Below are positions 19,789 to 29,059 of a DNA stretch of 64,000 bases, in pieces; position 1 is the stretch's first letter; each line of letters opens with the position of its first letter. The translations under genes and the position numbers were made by a program. A model generated the notes under the pieces. The model saw nothing but the letters and a program-made list of their open reading frames with translations, did not search any database and was not told where the DNA came from. The stretch is from contig JAFLBE010000006.1 of the NCBI GenBank assembly GCA_017303995.1, positions 32,737-96,736 of the forward strand, written 5' to 3'. This stretch comes from Bacteroidota bacterium (lineage in GTDB: Bacteria > Bacteroidota > JABWAT01).

Positions 19789-20550
19789 TCAGAACTTCCT
19801 GAAGGCAAACCAATGCTGTTTGAAGTAGTTTTCAGGGAAATCAACATCGGCCAGACCGTAGGCTTTTGGTTTTTCTTCAGGAAGCCAGGCCGTACGGAAA
19901 ATCCAGTCCCACCAGGCAAATTTGGTGGCAAAGTTGGTGTTCCCGTATCTCACTTCATTGGCATGGTGCCAGCGGTGCATTTCGGGTCCGTTGATGATAT
20001 ACTGGAAAAAGCCGGACTTTACATTGATGTTGGCGTGAATCCACATCCCCCAGATTCCATCGATTGTACCTTTGAAAATGGCAACTTCGGGCGGTGCGCC
20101 CAGCAGGATAATCGGGGCAAATTCGATAGTTTGGTTGATGATAATTTCGAGAGAATGGCTGCGCATGCCGGCAATCCAGTCAACTGCTTTCGGTGAATGG
20201 TGAGCTTCATGAACCCGCCACAAAACCGAACTCGCATGCATCCACCGGTGAAACCAGTAAATATAAAAATCATGCAAAACAGTGAAAAAGACGAGTTGAA
20301 CCCAGATTGGCCAGTCGGTTACAATCTGGAGGCGGGAAAGTCCCGAAGAGGAATCAATCCAGTTGATCAGGCCAAAAATGAGAAGACCCAGCACGTATGA
20401 CTGAAGAATGGCGTAAAGGAAAAAGTCGGTAAAAATTCCTTTCCGGAAAAATTTTTGTCCGGGCGTGTAAGGGTAAATCCGTTCCAGAGCGATAAAAATA
20501 AGTCCGACAGAAACGAGAATGACGAGGGAAGTGAGTTTGAGAGAATCCAT
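19789..20550 (-). CDS. Fatty acid hydroxylase / sterol desaturase family membrane protein
   Basis: Histidine boxes HDFYIYWFHRWMH, HEAHHS and HRWHH. Confidence 0.8.
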   Translation of the reverse strand: MDSLKLTSLVILVSVGLIFIALERIYPYTPGQKFFRKGIFTDFFLYAILQSYVLGLLIFGLINWIDSSSGLSRLQIVTDWPIWVQLVFFTVLHDFYIYWFHRWMHASSVLWRVHEAHHSPKAVDWIAGMRSHSLEIIINQTIEFAPIILLGAPPEVAIFKGTIDGIWGMWIHANINVKSGFFQYIINGPEMHRWHHANEVRYGNTNFATKFAWWDWIFRTAWLPEEKPKAYGLADVDFPENYFKQHWFAFRKF

Positions 20551-20619
20551 AATGTTGAACTGGTTTTAATGGAAAAATCTCAATTTCAGAATTTTTTGTC
20601 GGAATTCAAAAAGTAGGCA

Positions 20620-20661
20620 TAAGGTTTAAGGAGTAAGGCGTAAGGGTTAATGGTTAATTGT
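20620..20661. repeat. Heptad tract of 6 units (taaggtt taaggag taaggcg taagggt taatggt taattgt)
   Basis: Seen directly, preceded by gtaggca. It shares words with 32364-32391 (reverse complement) and 61866-61900. Confidence 0.9.
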
Positions 20662-20794
20662 CAGAATCCGGATTTTCAGGATTGGTGGATTTTCAGGATT
20701 TTAAAATCCTGCACATTTAAAATCCTGATATTTTTGCTTTTGGCTTTTAATGTTTGTTTTTCATCCTGCTAATCCTATAATTCTGCAAATCCTG
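20662..20794. promoter_or_regulatory. Array of AATCCTG/CAGGATT words that includes a perfect 18-bp palindrome
   Basis: caggatt occurs at 20677 and 20694. aatcctg occurs at 20704, 20720 and 20788, with the variants catcctg at 20762 and aatccta at 20771. The palindrome caggattttaaaatcctg spans 20694-20711. The array lies upstream of the hydroxylase gene (start 20550, minus strand). Confidence 0.45.
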
Positions 20795-20803
20795 ATTCAG
20801 ACA

Positions 20804-20838
20804 ATAAAAAAATGCCGGGCTCATTACCCGGCATTTTT
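20804..20838. terminator. Bidirectional rho-independent terminator downstream of the T9SS protein gene
   Basis: Sequence is aaaaaaa atgccggg ctcatta cccggcat ttttt. Confidence 0.8.
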
Positions 20839-20870
20839 CGTAAAACGTACCACGTACAACGTACGGCGTG
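20839..20870. repeat. Heptad tract (cgtaaa acgtacc acgtaca acgtacg gcgtg)
   Basis: Ends 4 nt before the stop of the 20874-24248 gene. It shares an 18-nt exact match (cgtaaaacgtaccacgta) with the reverse complement of 6381-6408. Confidence 0.9.
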
Positions 20871-20873
20871 TTC

Positions 20874-23800
20874 TTACCTCAACAGCACCAGTTTCTTCGT
20901 TTGGGATTTTCCGGCGGCTTCAAGCCGGTAAAAATAAATCCCGCTCGACAGACCCGAGGCGTTCCAGTGTAACGATTGTTTCCCTGAAGAAAGCTGACCT
21001 GAGAAAACAGTAGAAACTTCCCGTCCAAGCACATCATAAATTTTTAATGTTACCTGAGATGAAAACGGAAGTGTAAACGAAATGGTCGTTTCCGGGTTAA
21101 ACGGATTCGGGTAATTCTGGAATAAGGCGAACTGATCTGGTTTCACCAGTTCTTCTTCTACACCAACCCGGTAACCGCCAATGGTTACAATCCATCCGCC
21201 ACCGCCAACACCATAACCGACTGTTCCGGTCGGATCAGAAACAAAACTCAGACATCCGGAATTTAATCCACCTGAAAAAGAAGATGTCCAGGTTGCACCT
21301 TTGTCTGTGCTTTTATAAACATATCCACCGGCACCAATATACAGTTGGTTCCCGATGGCGAAACAGCTTCCGCCAGCTCTTTGTTGTCCGGGTCCGAACC
21401 AATTGGGTTGAGTCCAGGTTTTTCCCCCGTCTGAAGTTATACTGCGATCTCCTGACCGATTCGTAATAATGCCATTGTTTTCATCACTGAAACTAATGCT
21501 TTCGATCCAGGTTTTAACTTTTGTTGTATCCCAGGTTAAACCACCATTTCCTGAATGATAAATGGTTTTACCATCATCCCCATTTCCATTTCCGAACCAG
21601 ATATGCTGAGTCCCTGCAACTGCCATGGCATTGTTTATTCCCGCATCTGTTCCTTCCTGAAGGGGTTCATTCGGAATCCGAGCCCAGGTTGCACCACCGT
21701 CTGACGTTTTAAGAATAGTCCATTTTCCGCCAACTGGATCACCTAATGCGAAGCCATTCATTGCGCTAACCATTTTAATTGCATCCAGCCATCCATTTGG
21801 CTGAGTAAAAACGACTGACCAGTCTGCACCCCCATTGGTAGTCCGGTACATGTAGGCATTATTTCCTTCACTTACCGCGACAAAAGCAGTTGTTGCATTT
21901 ATTGCTTCAATGGCATAAATCGGGGCTTTCCCAATTGCACCGCCACCAACTGAATTCCAGATTTCGCCTGCATTTACAGTGAGCAAAACCGTTCCGCTGT
22001 CACCGGCAGCCCAAACCACATTTCTGTTCACAGCTTTTACCGAAAATAAATTCATCTTTGTTGGGGATGTGGTTCTTCCCCAGTCAGATGGCCGGATTTT
22101 ACTTCCTCCATTTGTGGTTGCGAGAATGGTTCCATTGTCGCCAACAGCCCATCCGTAATTTGGTGAGATAAAGTGTATGGCTCTGAAGTTCGTATTGTTA
22201 TAATCGTTGGGAATCAGTTGATTGTCCCAGGTTTGACCACCATCAAGAGTACGCTGAATTTGTCCGCACGAGCCAGCGACCCAGGCGTTATCAAGATTTG
22301 CACTGGTGATGGATCCGGAATTAAATCCGCAACCATTGGTTCCGGTAAAAGTCCAACTGTTACCAGCATCAGTTGAGTGATAAACACCTGAATTCTGACC
22401 GATCGCCCAGATTGAGTTCCAGTTTGCAGCTCTTACTGAAACAATTCCCCATCCCAGGCCATTTCCGGTAACCATTGCCCAGTTTGTACCTCCGTTTGAC
22501 GTCCAGATAACGTTACCACCAGCTTGTGCCCAAAGGTAATCGTTATTCATCATGGTCAGGGAAGAAACTTTACCGTTAACCGGGCTGGTTTGTGCCGTCC
22601 AGGTTGTTCCACCATTGGTGGTTTTCAGGATAACGGAATTTCCCATATCATTTCCGCCGGCAGCCCAGCCAATCTGATCACTTCCTTCTCCAAAAAGGAC
22701 AGAATTTAAATTATGTGCGGTGGTCGAGTTTTGCGACACCCAGGTTGACCCGCCGTTTGTGGTCTTTTTTATAATTCCCCCATCTGCTACAAACCAGCCT
22801 GTTGTTGCGTTTGCAAAGAAAATTGAATTAATATTTGCGGATGTATTCGTGGCTTGCTGGTTCCAGGTTTTGCCTCCGTCGGTGGTAGCCAGCAGGGTTC
22901 CGCCATTACCAGCAACCCATGCAGTTTTCCCGTTCACCGATGTAACGGAATTGAGATTTTGACTGGTGCTACTTTCCTGAGACAGCCAGGAAACGGTTTG
23001 GATTTTCATGATCAGACCCGATGTACCAGGTTCTGCATTTATCCATTCAAATCCAAATCCATCAGGAAGATCGTTTATTCCCAGTCCGTAACTTGAATAA
23101 TTGGTCACAACATGAAGTGTAAAATCACCGGTTATTGGATCGGATAAGGTTTCGGTTTGACCTGCATCATTTTCACCAACCTGCGCATAGGTGAAAATCC
23201 GGTAAGACTTGCCTGCTGGTGGAAGTCCGTCTAGCAGAACTTTTCCCGAGATGGTTGCATTACTTTTAATTGCTGTCAGATCAACCCGGATGCTATCGCC
23301 GTCATGAAGTGAAACAAGTGTTCTTGGCGGGAAATAGGTGGGCGCAACACCTTCATGGTCGGCTTCAACCCGCCAGATAGGTTCAGAATTAATTTCATCT
23401 GCAGAAAATCCGAACTGATAAAATCCGGATTCATCGGTCATGGTTTGTTTCCCGCGCCCGCCATATTTTGGCTGAATTGACACTTCTGTTTTGGCAAAAA
23501 CATGTCCGTCACTGCCGGTTAAGAATCCAACAACCTTTGCATTTGGTTCAATCAGAGAAAAGTTAATACCGGTATAACTTTGGTTCATGAGCAAATTTGT
23601 TTCCTTCGGGGAAACACTATAAGGACTCATATCTTCCTGAATCCCAACCGAAAAGGTTTGTCCGGCAGCACTTTCATTCATCCGGATCATGTAATTACCC
23701 GATGCATCAGTTAAGCTACCCCATTGCGTGTCTTCTCCCATTGTCGCATATACAGCAATATTTTGTGGTGATATACCACCGATTACATTCAACTTTCCTG

Positions 23801-24248
23801 AAATAGTAAAGGTGGGTGAAGCAAGCGGAGTTACATTACCAGCAAGTACAGGTCCGACTCCGTTGTGTGTGAAGCGAAAGATATAAGCACCCGGGGCAAA
23901 GTGCATATCGGGAAAGACAAAAGTAAAATGGCCATTTGCAATTCCATCCATATCTGGCGGACCGTCCTCTCCTTCCGGATCTCCATCCGTTTGGTAAAAT
24001 CCGCCATTAAACATGTCTTTATCAATGCCCAGATCAATGATGCCATTTGCATTCAGATCGAGCCATAATTCAGAAAAGGCGGATTCACCAGCTGGAATGT
24101 CAAATTCCCACATGATTCCGCTTTCTTCAGGAAGAATAAAATTTGAGGTATATCCGTTTACATTCAGGTTGGTTACTTGCGCTTGAGCAGATAAACCGAT
24201 CAGAAAGAAACTGATTGAAAGAAGTAAAAAAGTAAGGAGGGTTTTCAT
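20874..24248 (-). CDS. Large secreted protein with a signal peptide, N-terminal Ig/carboxypeptidase-regulatory-like region, about 12 BNR/Asp-box-like repeats (probably two beta-propellers) and a T9SS C-terminal sorting domain
   Basis: Signal MKTLLTFLLLSISFFLIGLSAQAQ. Repeats include TTDGGKTW, TTNGGSTW, TTNGGTTW, STDAGNSW, TLDGGQTW, TTNGGADW, TSDGGATW, SGNGGLTW, TSDGGKTW and STDKGATW. The C-terminus reads NYPNPFNPETTISF...GIYFYRLEAAGKSQTKKLVLLR. Confidence 0.8.
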   Translation of the reverse strand: MKTLLTFLLLSISFFLIGLSAQAQVTNLNVNGYTSNFILPEESGIMWEFDIPAGESAFSELWLDLNANGIIDLGIDKDMFNGGFYQTDGDPEGEDGPPDMDGIANGHFTFVFPDMHFAPGAYIFRFTHNGVGPVLAGNVTPLASPTFTISGKLNVIGGISPQNIAVYATMGEDTQWGSLTDASGNYMIRMNESAAGQTFSVGIQEDMSPYSVSPKETNLLMNQSYTGINFSLIEPNAKVVGFLTGSDGHVFAKTEVSIQPKYGGRGKQTMTDESGFYQFGFSADEINSEPIWRVEADHEGVAPTYFPPRTLVSLHDGDSIRVDLTAIKSNATISGKVLLDGLPPAGKSYRIFTYAQVGENDAGQTETLSDPITGDFTLHVVTNYSSYGLGINDLPDGFGFEWINAEPGTSGLIMKIQTVSWLSQESSTSQNLNSVTSVNGKTAWVAGNGGTLLATTDGGKTWNQQATNTSANINSIFFANATTGWFVADGGIIKKTTNGGSTWVSQNSTTAHNLNSVLFGEGSDQIGWAAGGNDMGNSVILKTTNGGTTWTAQTSPVNGKVSSLTMMNNDYLWAQAGGNVIWTSNGGTNWAMVTGNGLGWGIVSVRAANWNSIWAIGQNSGVYHSTDAGNSWTFTGTNGCGFNSGSITSANLDNAWVAGSCGQIQRTLDGGQTWDNQLIPNDYNNTNFRAIHFISPNYGWAVGDNGTILATTNGGSKIRPSDWGRTTSPTKMNLFSVKAVNRNVVWAAGDSGTVLLTVNAGEIWNSVGGGAIGKAPIYAIEAINATTAFVAVSEGNNAYMYRTTNGGADWSVVFTQPNGWLDAIKMVSAMNGFALGDPVGGKWTILKTSDGGATWARIPNEPLQEGTDAGINNAMAVAGTQHIWFGNGNGDDGKTIYHSGNGGLTWDTTKVKTWIESISFSDENNGIITNRSGDRSITSDGGKTWTQPNWFGPGQQRAGGSCFAIGNQLYIGAGGYVYKSTDKGATWTSSFSGGLNSGCLSFVSDPTGTVGYGVGGGGWIVTIGGYRVGVEEELVKPDQFALFQNYPNPFNPETTISFTLPFSSQVTLKIYDVLGREVSTVFSGQLSSGKQSLHWNASGLSSGIYFYRLEAAGKSQTKKLVLLR

Positions 24249-24628
24249 GGCGTTTTCCTTTTCTCTGAAGTGAGAAATCAGGGTATCCATGACGGTTTCA
24301 AAGGTGCATCAGATACCCAAAACGTCCCCGTTTCTAAGAAACGGTGGAGGTAAAAGGGGATGCCAAAAGGTATCTCGAAGATGGTTTGTTTATCAACAAA
24401 GGTTGAATCTGAAGACAAACCGGAAGTTATGGTTTTTTAAATATGACTTCCGGTTGTAAAGTAGGAAAGAAGGAGAGGATAGTCAATGGTATTAAAATAT
24501 AAAAAGACCTAATAATCTATTTGCGAAGATTAGTCTGAAAATATTTATAACCTTAAAGAAAAGGCGTGGATCCCGGATCAAGTCCGGGATGACAGCCAAT
24601 CAGGATAACAAGAATAATACTAAAATCC

Positions 24629-27001
24629 TTACTTTTTCTCGTCCTTACCAATCCGTTCCAATAATTTGGCCGGATCCTGGACGGGTTTTTTATCCAAAGC
24701 CAAATCAAGAACTTCCCGCATCCGTTTTACATAATGGATTTTGAGTCCCGAAACAGCTTCTTTGGTCATATCCTTGATGTCTTTCTGGTTTCTTTCCGGA
24801 AGGATAATTTCTTTGATTCCGGCACGTTTTGCCGCCAGAACCTTTTCCTTGATTCCACCAACCGGAAGAACGAGTCCACGCAAGGTGATTTCGCCGGTCA
24901 TACTCAATCCTGAACGGATTTTCCTTTGTGTGAAAATCGAAGTAATCGCACTTAACATGGCCACACCTGCAGAAGGACCGTCTTTCGGAATTGCACCAGC
25001 GGGAACGTGAATGTGCAGATCAAAATGAGTGAAGAATTTCTGATCAATATTCAGGTCATGTGCATTTGCTTTTGCAAAAGTAATCGCCGCCTGAACCGAT
25101 TCTTTCATCACATCACCCAACTGTCCGGTTAGGGTGAGTTTTCCGCTGCCGGGCATAATATTCGCCTCAATGAAAAGAATATCACCGCCAACTGGAGTCC
25201 AAGCCATTCCCGTTGCAACACCCGGCATTTCAGTCTGTTCTGCAACATCGCTGAAATATTTTTCGGGGCCCAGTATTTTTTCCAATTGTTCTGGAAGAAT
25301 TTCTTTTTTTGCTTTTTTTCCGACGGCTTTGTCTTTGGCAACATTCCGGCAAACCGCACCAATGGTTCTTTCCAAACTTCTTACGCCGGCTTCACGGGTG
25401 TAAGATTCGATCACTTTTTTAAGTGTTTCTTCGGGGATGGTCACATCATCAACTTCAAGTCCGTGTTCTTTTACCTGACGGGGAATGAGATATTGACGGG
25501 CAATCTGAAGTTTATCAATTTCAGTGTAGCTCGAGAGTTCAATAATTTCCATCCGGTCACGAAGTGGACCAGGAATATTTTCAAGACTGTTTGCTGTGGC
25601 AATGAAAATGACCTTGCTCAGATCATAGGAAACTTCGAGGTAGTGGTCAGAAAAAGAGTGATTCTGTTCCGGATCCAAAACTTCAAGCAAAGCAGATGAC
25701 GGATCGCCACGGAAATCCATGCCGAGTTTATCAATTTCATCCAGCATAAAAACGGGATTGTCTGACTTTGCTTTTTTCATTCCCTGAAGAATCCGGCCCG
25801 GAAGTGCTCCCACATAAGTCCGGCGGTGACCTCTGATTTCAGCTTCATCACGAACGCCACCCAGTGAGATCCGCACAAAATTACGGCCAAGCGCACGGGC
25901 GATAGACTGTCCAAGCGAGGTTTTTCCAACGCCCGGAGGTCCGTAAAAGCACAGAATCGGACCTTTCATATCTTTTTTCAGTTTTAAAACTGCCAAATAT
26001 TCGAGAATTCTCTTCTTCACTTTTTCAAGATCGTAATGATCTTCATTGAGGATTTTCTCTGCCTTTTTCAGATCGAGGATGTCGGCTGTGAATTCGTGCC
26101 AGGGGAGATCAAGCAACCAGTCGATATAATTTCTGGTGACTGAATAATCTGCAGCTGCCGGATTTTGTCTGGCAAGTTTTTTGATTTCGTGATCAAAAAC
26201 GTCCTGAATTTCTTTCGGCCACTTTTTCTCTTTTCCGCGTTTTCTGAGTTCTTCAACGTCGGCATCGGCAGAATCAGATTCGCCCAGTTCCTGCTGAATG
26301 GCCTTAAGTTGCTGGCGAAGGTAAAATTCCTTCTGTGCTTTTTCCATATCAGCTTTTACCTTGTGCTGAATCTCAGAAGAAAGCTCAAGTGTACTGAGTT
26401 CCATTTGGATATGAGCCAGAATTTTATCCGATAAATCTTTCAGTGAACTGGTTTCAAGCAATTCCTGTTTCAGATTCTGGGAAATTGGCAGGTTGGACGC
26501 AATAAAATAAAGCAAAGCAGAAAGCGTGTCGATATTTTCGATGGCGATCTTGGTTTCATTTGGGATATTTGGATTCAGTTCGATAAGCTGATTGGATAAG
26601 TGCTTTAATGAAAGCATCAGCGCATCAGATTCCATTTTATCAATGCCATCTTCAGTCAGAATTTCAACTTCAGCTTTAAAAAACGGATCAGACTCGTGAA
26701 AAGCGTCAATGTGAAACCGGTCAGAGCCCTGAATGACGATGGATTGAGACCCATCAGGAAGTTTGAGCAGTTTTAGAATGTTGACAACAGTCCCGACACG
26801 ATACAGATCATTTGTACCCGGCTCTTCTGTTTTCGGATCTTTTTGGGTGACGACGCCAAGAATTTTATCTGATTTGAGAACATCTTCGATCAGCTTTTGA
26901 GATTTCGACCGGCCAATCGTGATCGGGATGATGACACCGGGGAAAATAACCGTATTTCTTAGTGGAAGAATTGGCAGAATTTTCGTTTTCTTCGTTTTCA
27001 T
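24629..27001 (-). CDS. lon: ATP-dependent Lon protease (LonA)
   Basis: LON N-domain (LPILPLRNTVIFPG), Walker A GPPGVGKTS, and a protease domain with the PKDGPSAG catalytic Ser context. I placed the start at MKTKKTKILP. Confidence 0.9.
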   Translation of the reverse strand: MKTKKTKILPILPLRNTVIFPGVIIPITIGRSKSQKLIEDVLKSDKILGVVTQKDPKTEEPGTNDLYRVGTVVNILKLLKLPDGSQSIVIQGSDRFHIDAFHESDPFFKAEVEILTEDGIDKMESDALMLSLKHLSNQLIELNPNIPNETKIAIENIDTLSALLYFIASNLPISQNLKQELLETSSLKDLSDKILAHIQMELSTLELSSEIQHKVKADMEKAQKEFYLRQQLKAIQQELGESDSADADVEELRKRGKEKKWPKEIQDVFDHEIKKLARQNPAAADYSVTRNYIDWLLDLPWHEFTADILDLKKAEKILNEDHYDLEKVKKRILEYLAVLKLKKDMKGPILCFYGPPGVGKTSLGQSIARALGRNFVRISLGGVRDEAEIRGHRRTYVGALPGRILQGMKKAKSDNPVFMLDEIDKLGMDFRGDPSSALLEVLDPEQNHSFSDHYLEVSYDLSKVIFIATANSLENIPGPLRDRMEIIELSSYTEIDKLQIARQYLIPRQVKEHGLEVDDVTIPEETLKKVIESYTREAGVRSLERTIGAVCRNVAKDKAVGKKAKKEILPEQLEKILGPEKYFSDVAEQTEMPGVATGMAWTPVGGDILFIEANIMPGSGKLTLTGQLGDVMKESVQAAITFAKANAHDLNIDQKFFTHFDLHIHVPAGAIPKDGPSAGVAMLSAITSIFTQRKIRSGLSMTGEITLRGLVLPVGGIKEKVLAAKRAGIKEIILPERNQKDIKDMTKEAVSGLKIHYVKRMREVLDLALDKKPVQDPAKLLERIGKDEKK

Positions 27002-27210
27002 TTTAATCTTTCTAAAAGTCATCCCTGCTGTAACCGAACACAATTCCTGTTTCAGCTTCAGTACGGATGATAATGAATTCTGATTTCGTTACCTTTACCC
27101 AGTTCCGGTTAAATTCCGGGAAACGGGTGCCGCCACTGAAATGCAAATACGGTACCAAAAAAAAACGTGCCACTTTAACCGGATACCGTGACAGAATGGC
27201 GGAAAAACAA

Positions 27211-27280
27211 GTTATAAGTGATAAGTTACAAGTCGAGCAAAGCGAAGATCCCGAACTAGCTTCGGGGTGGTAAGTGATTT
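27211..27280 (+). repeat. Composite element: GTNAYAA heptads, a conserved hairpin core, then GTGRTAA heptads (10 heptads in phase)
   Basis: Sequence is gttataa gtgataa gttacaa gtcgagc aaagcga agatccc gaactag cttcggg gtggtaa gtgattt. The hairpin is cccgaa/ttcggg (27250-27266). It lies in the lon / bshB1 divergent intergenic region. Confidence 0.85.
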
Positions 27281-27361
27281 TGGGCAAAGATCCGGTCATT
27301 GACCGACACTTCGTTGCACTTCTAACTTCTGTCTTCTATCATCTGAATTTAAGGATTTAAA

Positions 27362-28090
27362 ATGAAATGTGATGTTCTCTTTTTTGGTGCCCACCCGGAT
27401 GATGTGGAGTTGGGTTGTGGCGGAACGGTTCATAAACTGGTGAAACAAGGGTATCAGGTGGGGATTATTGACCTGACCCGTGGTGAACTTGGAACCCGTG
27501 GCGATGAAGCAACAAGAAAACAGGAAGCCGAAAATGCTGCTAAAATTCTCGGAATTGCCGTCCGGGATAATTGCGGAATTTCAGACGGACACATTGATAA
27601 CAGCCGTGAAAATAAGGCCAAAGTTATCACGATGATCAGGAAGTATCGCCCTGATTTGGTGATTCTTCCCTATTTTTCAGATCGACATCCAGATCATGTG
27701 AATGCTTCAAAACTGGTTAAGGAATGTATTTATTATGCCGGAACGGAAAAATGGCCGACCGGAACGCCAACTTCTGAGCTTCCTTCCCATCGGCCAAAAC
27801 AATATTTGTATTATATGCTTGCCGAACCGTTTATGCCCAATGTGATTGTAGATATTACGGCTGAATTTGAGGTTCGCCAAAAAGCTTTTCAGGCTTATAA
27901 ATCTCAGTTTTTTGTTCCCGGTCATAAATCAGACGATAAAGAAACGTGGATTTCAAAACCCGAATTTGCAGAAAGTCTCATTGCCCGTGTTCAGTTTTAC
28001 GGATTTCAGGGCGGATGCAGGTACGCGGAACCGTTTTTTGCAGAACAACCTTTGAAACTGGATGATTTGATGATGTTGGCGGGGAAATAA
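27362..28090 (+). CDS. bshB1: Bacillithiol biosynthesis deacetylase BshB1 (PIG-L/LmbE family)
   Basis: Contains VLFFGAHPDDVELGCGGT...IIDLTRGELGTRG and HPDH, the LmbE zinc-ligand motifs in the BshB1-type arrangement. Confidence 0.75.
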   Translation: MKCDVLFFGAHPDDVELGCGGTVHKLVKQGYQVGIIDLTRGELGTRGDEATRKQEAENAAKILGIAVRDNCGISDGHIDNSRENKAKVITMIRKYRPDLVILPYFSDRHPDHVNASKLVKECIYYAGTEKWPTGTPTSELPSHRPKQYLYYMLAEPFMPNVIVDITAEFEVRQKAFQAYKSQFFVPGHKSDDKETWISKPEFAESLIARVQFYGFQGGCRYAEPFFAEQPLKLDDLMMLAGK

Positions 28091-28093
28091 CTG

Positions 28094-28121
28094 GTAGGCA
28101 GTAGGTAGTAGGCAGTAGCGG
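28094..28121. repeat. Heptad tract (gtaggca gtaggta gtaggca gtagcgg)
   Basis: Starts 4 nt after the bshB1 stop. Confidence 0.9.
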
Positions 28122-28155
28122 GGGGATTTTATTTTTTGGCTTCCTTAAGATGGTA

Positions 28156-28192
28156 AAACCACCCCCAGCCCCTCCTTTGGAAAAGGAGGGGA
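28156..28192. repeat. Hairpin element AAACCACCCC..CCCCTCCTTT-gga-AAAGGAGGGG
   Basis: 10-bp stem (28169-28178 with 28082-28091 equivalents, i.e. 28169-28191 overall). It has the same leader and stem as 61993-62035. Confidence 0.85.
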
Positions 28193-28206
28193 GTCATAAT
28201 AAAAAA

Positions 28207-28246
28207 AATTGTATTTCTCTGCGTGTTCAGCGCCTCTGCGGTAAAG
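28207..28246 (+). repeat. Solo copy of the ATTGTATTT-CTCTGCG..CAGCGCCTCTGCGGT repeat
   Basis: Sequence is attgtatttctctgcgtgttcagcgcctctgcggtaaag. It matches the reverse complement of 58684-58712 and the 59282/59339 repeat units. Confidence 0.8.
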
Positions 28247-28288
28247 TTTTCATTCAACATTTATAATTTAAAATTCAAAATTATCTCC

Positions 28289-29059
28289 ATGACCCCTTCC
28301 ATTTCAGACTTACTCGATTTCGCTATTTCAATCACCGAAGCTGCCGGTAAGGGAACCCTTGATTATTACCAAACCGACATTGCCGTTGAAACCAAATCTG
28401 ATGCGTCCCCCGTAACGATTGCAGATAAAGAAGCTGAGCAATTTATCCGGAACGCAATTCAGTCCAGATTTCCAGATCATCAGATTATCGGCGAAGAGTA
28501 CAGTGATAAAATCACATCAAGTCCGTACAAATGGATTATCGATCCGATTGACGGAACAAAAAGCTTCATCGCCGGTGTGCCGTTTTATTCGAACCTGGTC
28601 GGACTGGAATTTGAAGGTGAAATCATTGTCGGGATTGCCAATTTTCCAGCATTGAAGGAAATGGTTTATGCAGGAAAAGGACTTGGCGCCTGGTTCAATA
28701 GTAAACCTGCGAAAGTTGGATCGGTCACTGAAATCTCAAAAGCCAGAATTATGGTTACCGATTTCAGGGATTTTGAAAAAAGAGAAGCCTGGAAAACCTT
28801 TAAACCGATTTTGGACTGTTGCCGTTTTCACCGGACGTGGGGAGATGCATACGGTCATGCCATGGTGGCAACTGGCCGAGCTGAAATTGCCCTTGATCCG
28901 TTCATGAATCCGTGGGATTGTGCACCGTTTGGAATTATTTTGAAGGAAGCAGGCGGGTTTTTCACTGACTGGAACGGAAATGACACGATTTACGGACCCA
29001 ATGCCGTTTCGTCAAACCCTGAACTAAGAGAAAAAGTGCTTACCTGCCTTAAGGATTAA
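28289..29059 (+). CDS. Inositol monophosphatase family protein (SuhB/HisN-like)
   Basis: Contains IGEE, WIIDPIDGTKSF and WDCAPFGIILKEAGG. I placed the start at MTPSISDLLDF, because the longer GTG-initiated ORF would begin inside the repeat at 28207-28246. Confidence 0.8.
   Translation: MTPSISDLLDFAISITEAAGKGTLDYYQTDIAVETKSDASPVTIADKEAEQFIRNAIQSRFPDHQIIGEEYSDKITSSPYKWIIDPIDGTKSFIAGVPFYSNLVGLEFEGEIIVGIANFPALKEMVYAGKGLGAWFNSKPAKVGSVTEISKARIMVTDFRDFEKREAWKTFKPILDCCRFHRTWGDAYGHAMVATGRAEIALDPFMNPWDCAPFGIILKEAGGFFTDWNGNDTIYGPNAVSSNPELREKVLTCLKD

Noticed and set aside
19783-20196. 137-aa ORF antisense to the fatty-acid hydroxylase gene
   Set aside because: The opposite-strand gene carries all three histidine boxes. 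This ORF has no support.
24417-24458. 10-bp inverted repeat (aaccggaagt ... acttccggtt) upstream of the T9SS protein gene
   Set aside because: It is a single occurrence with an 18-nt loop and no obvious relation to the other repeat families. It could be an operator, but the evidence is too thin to call.
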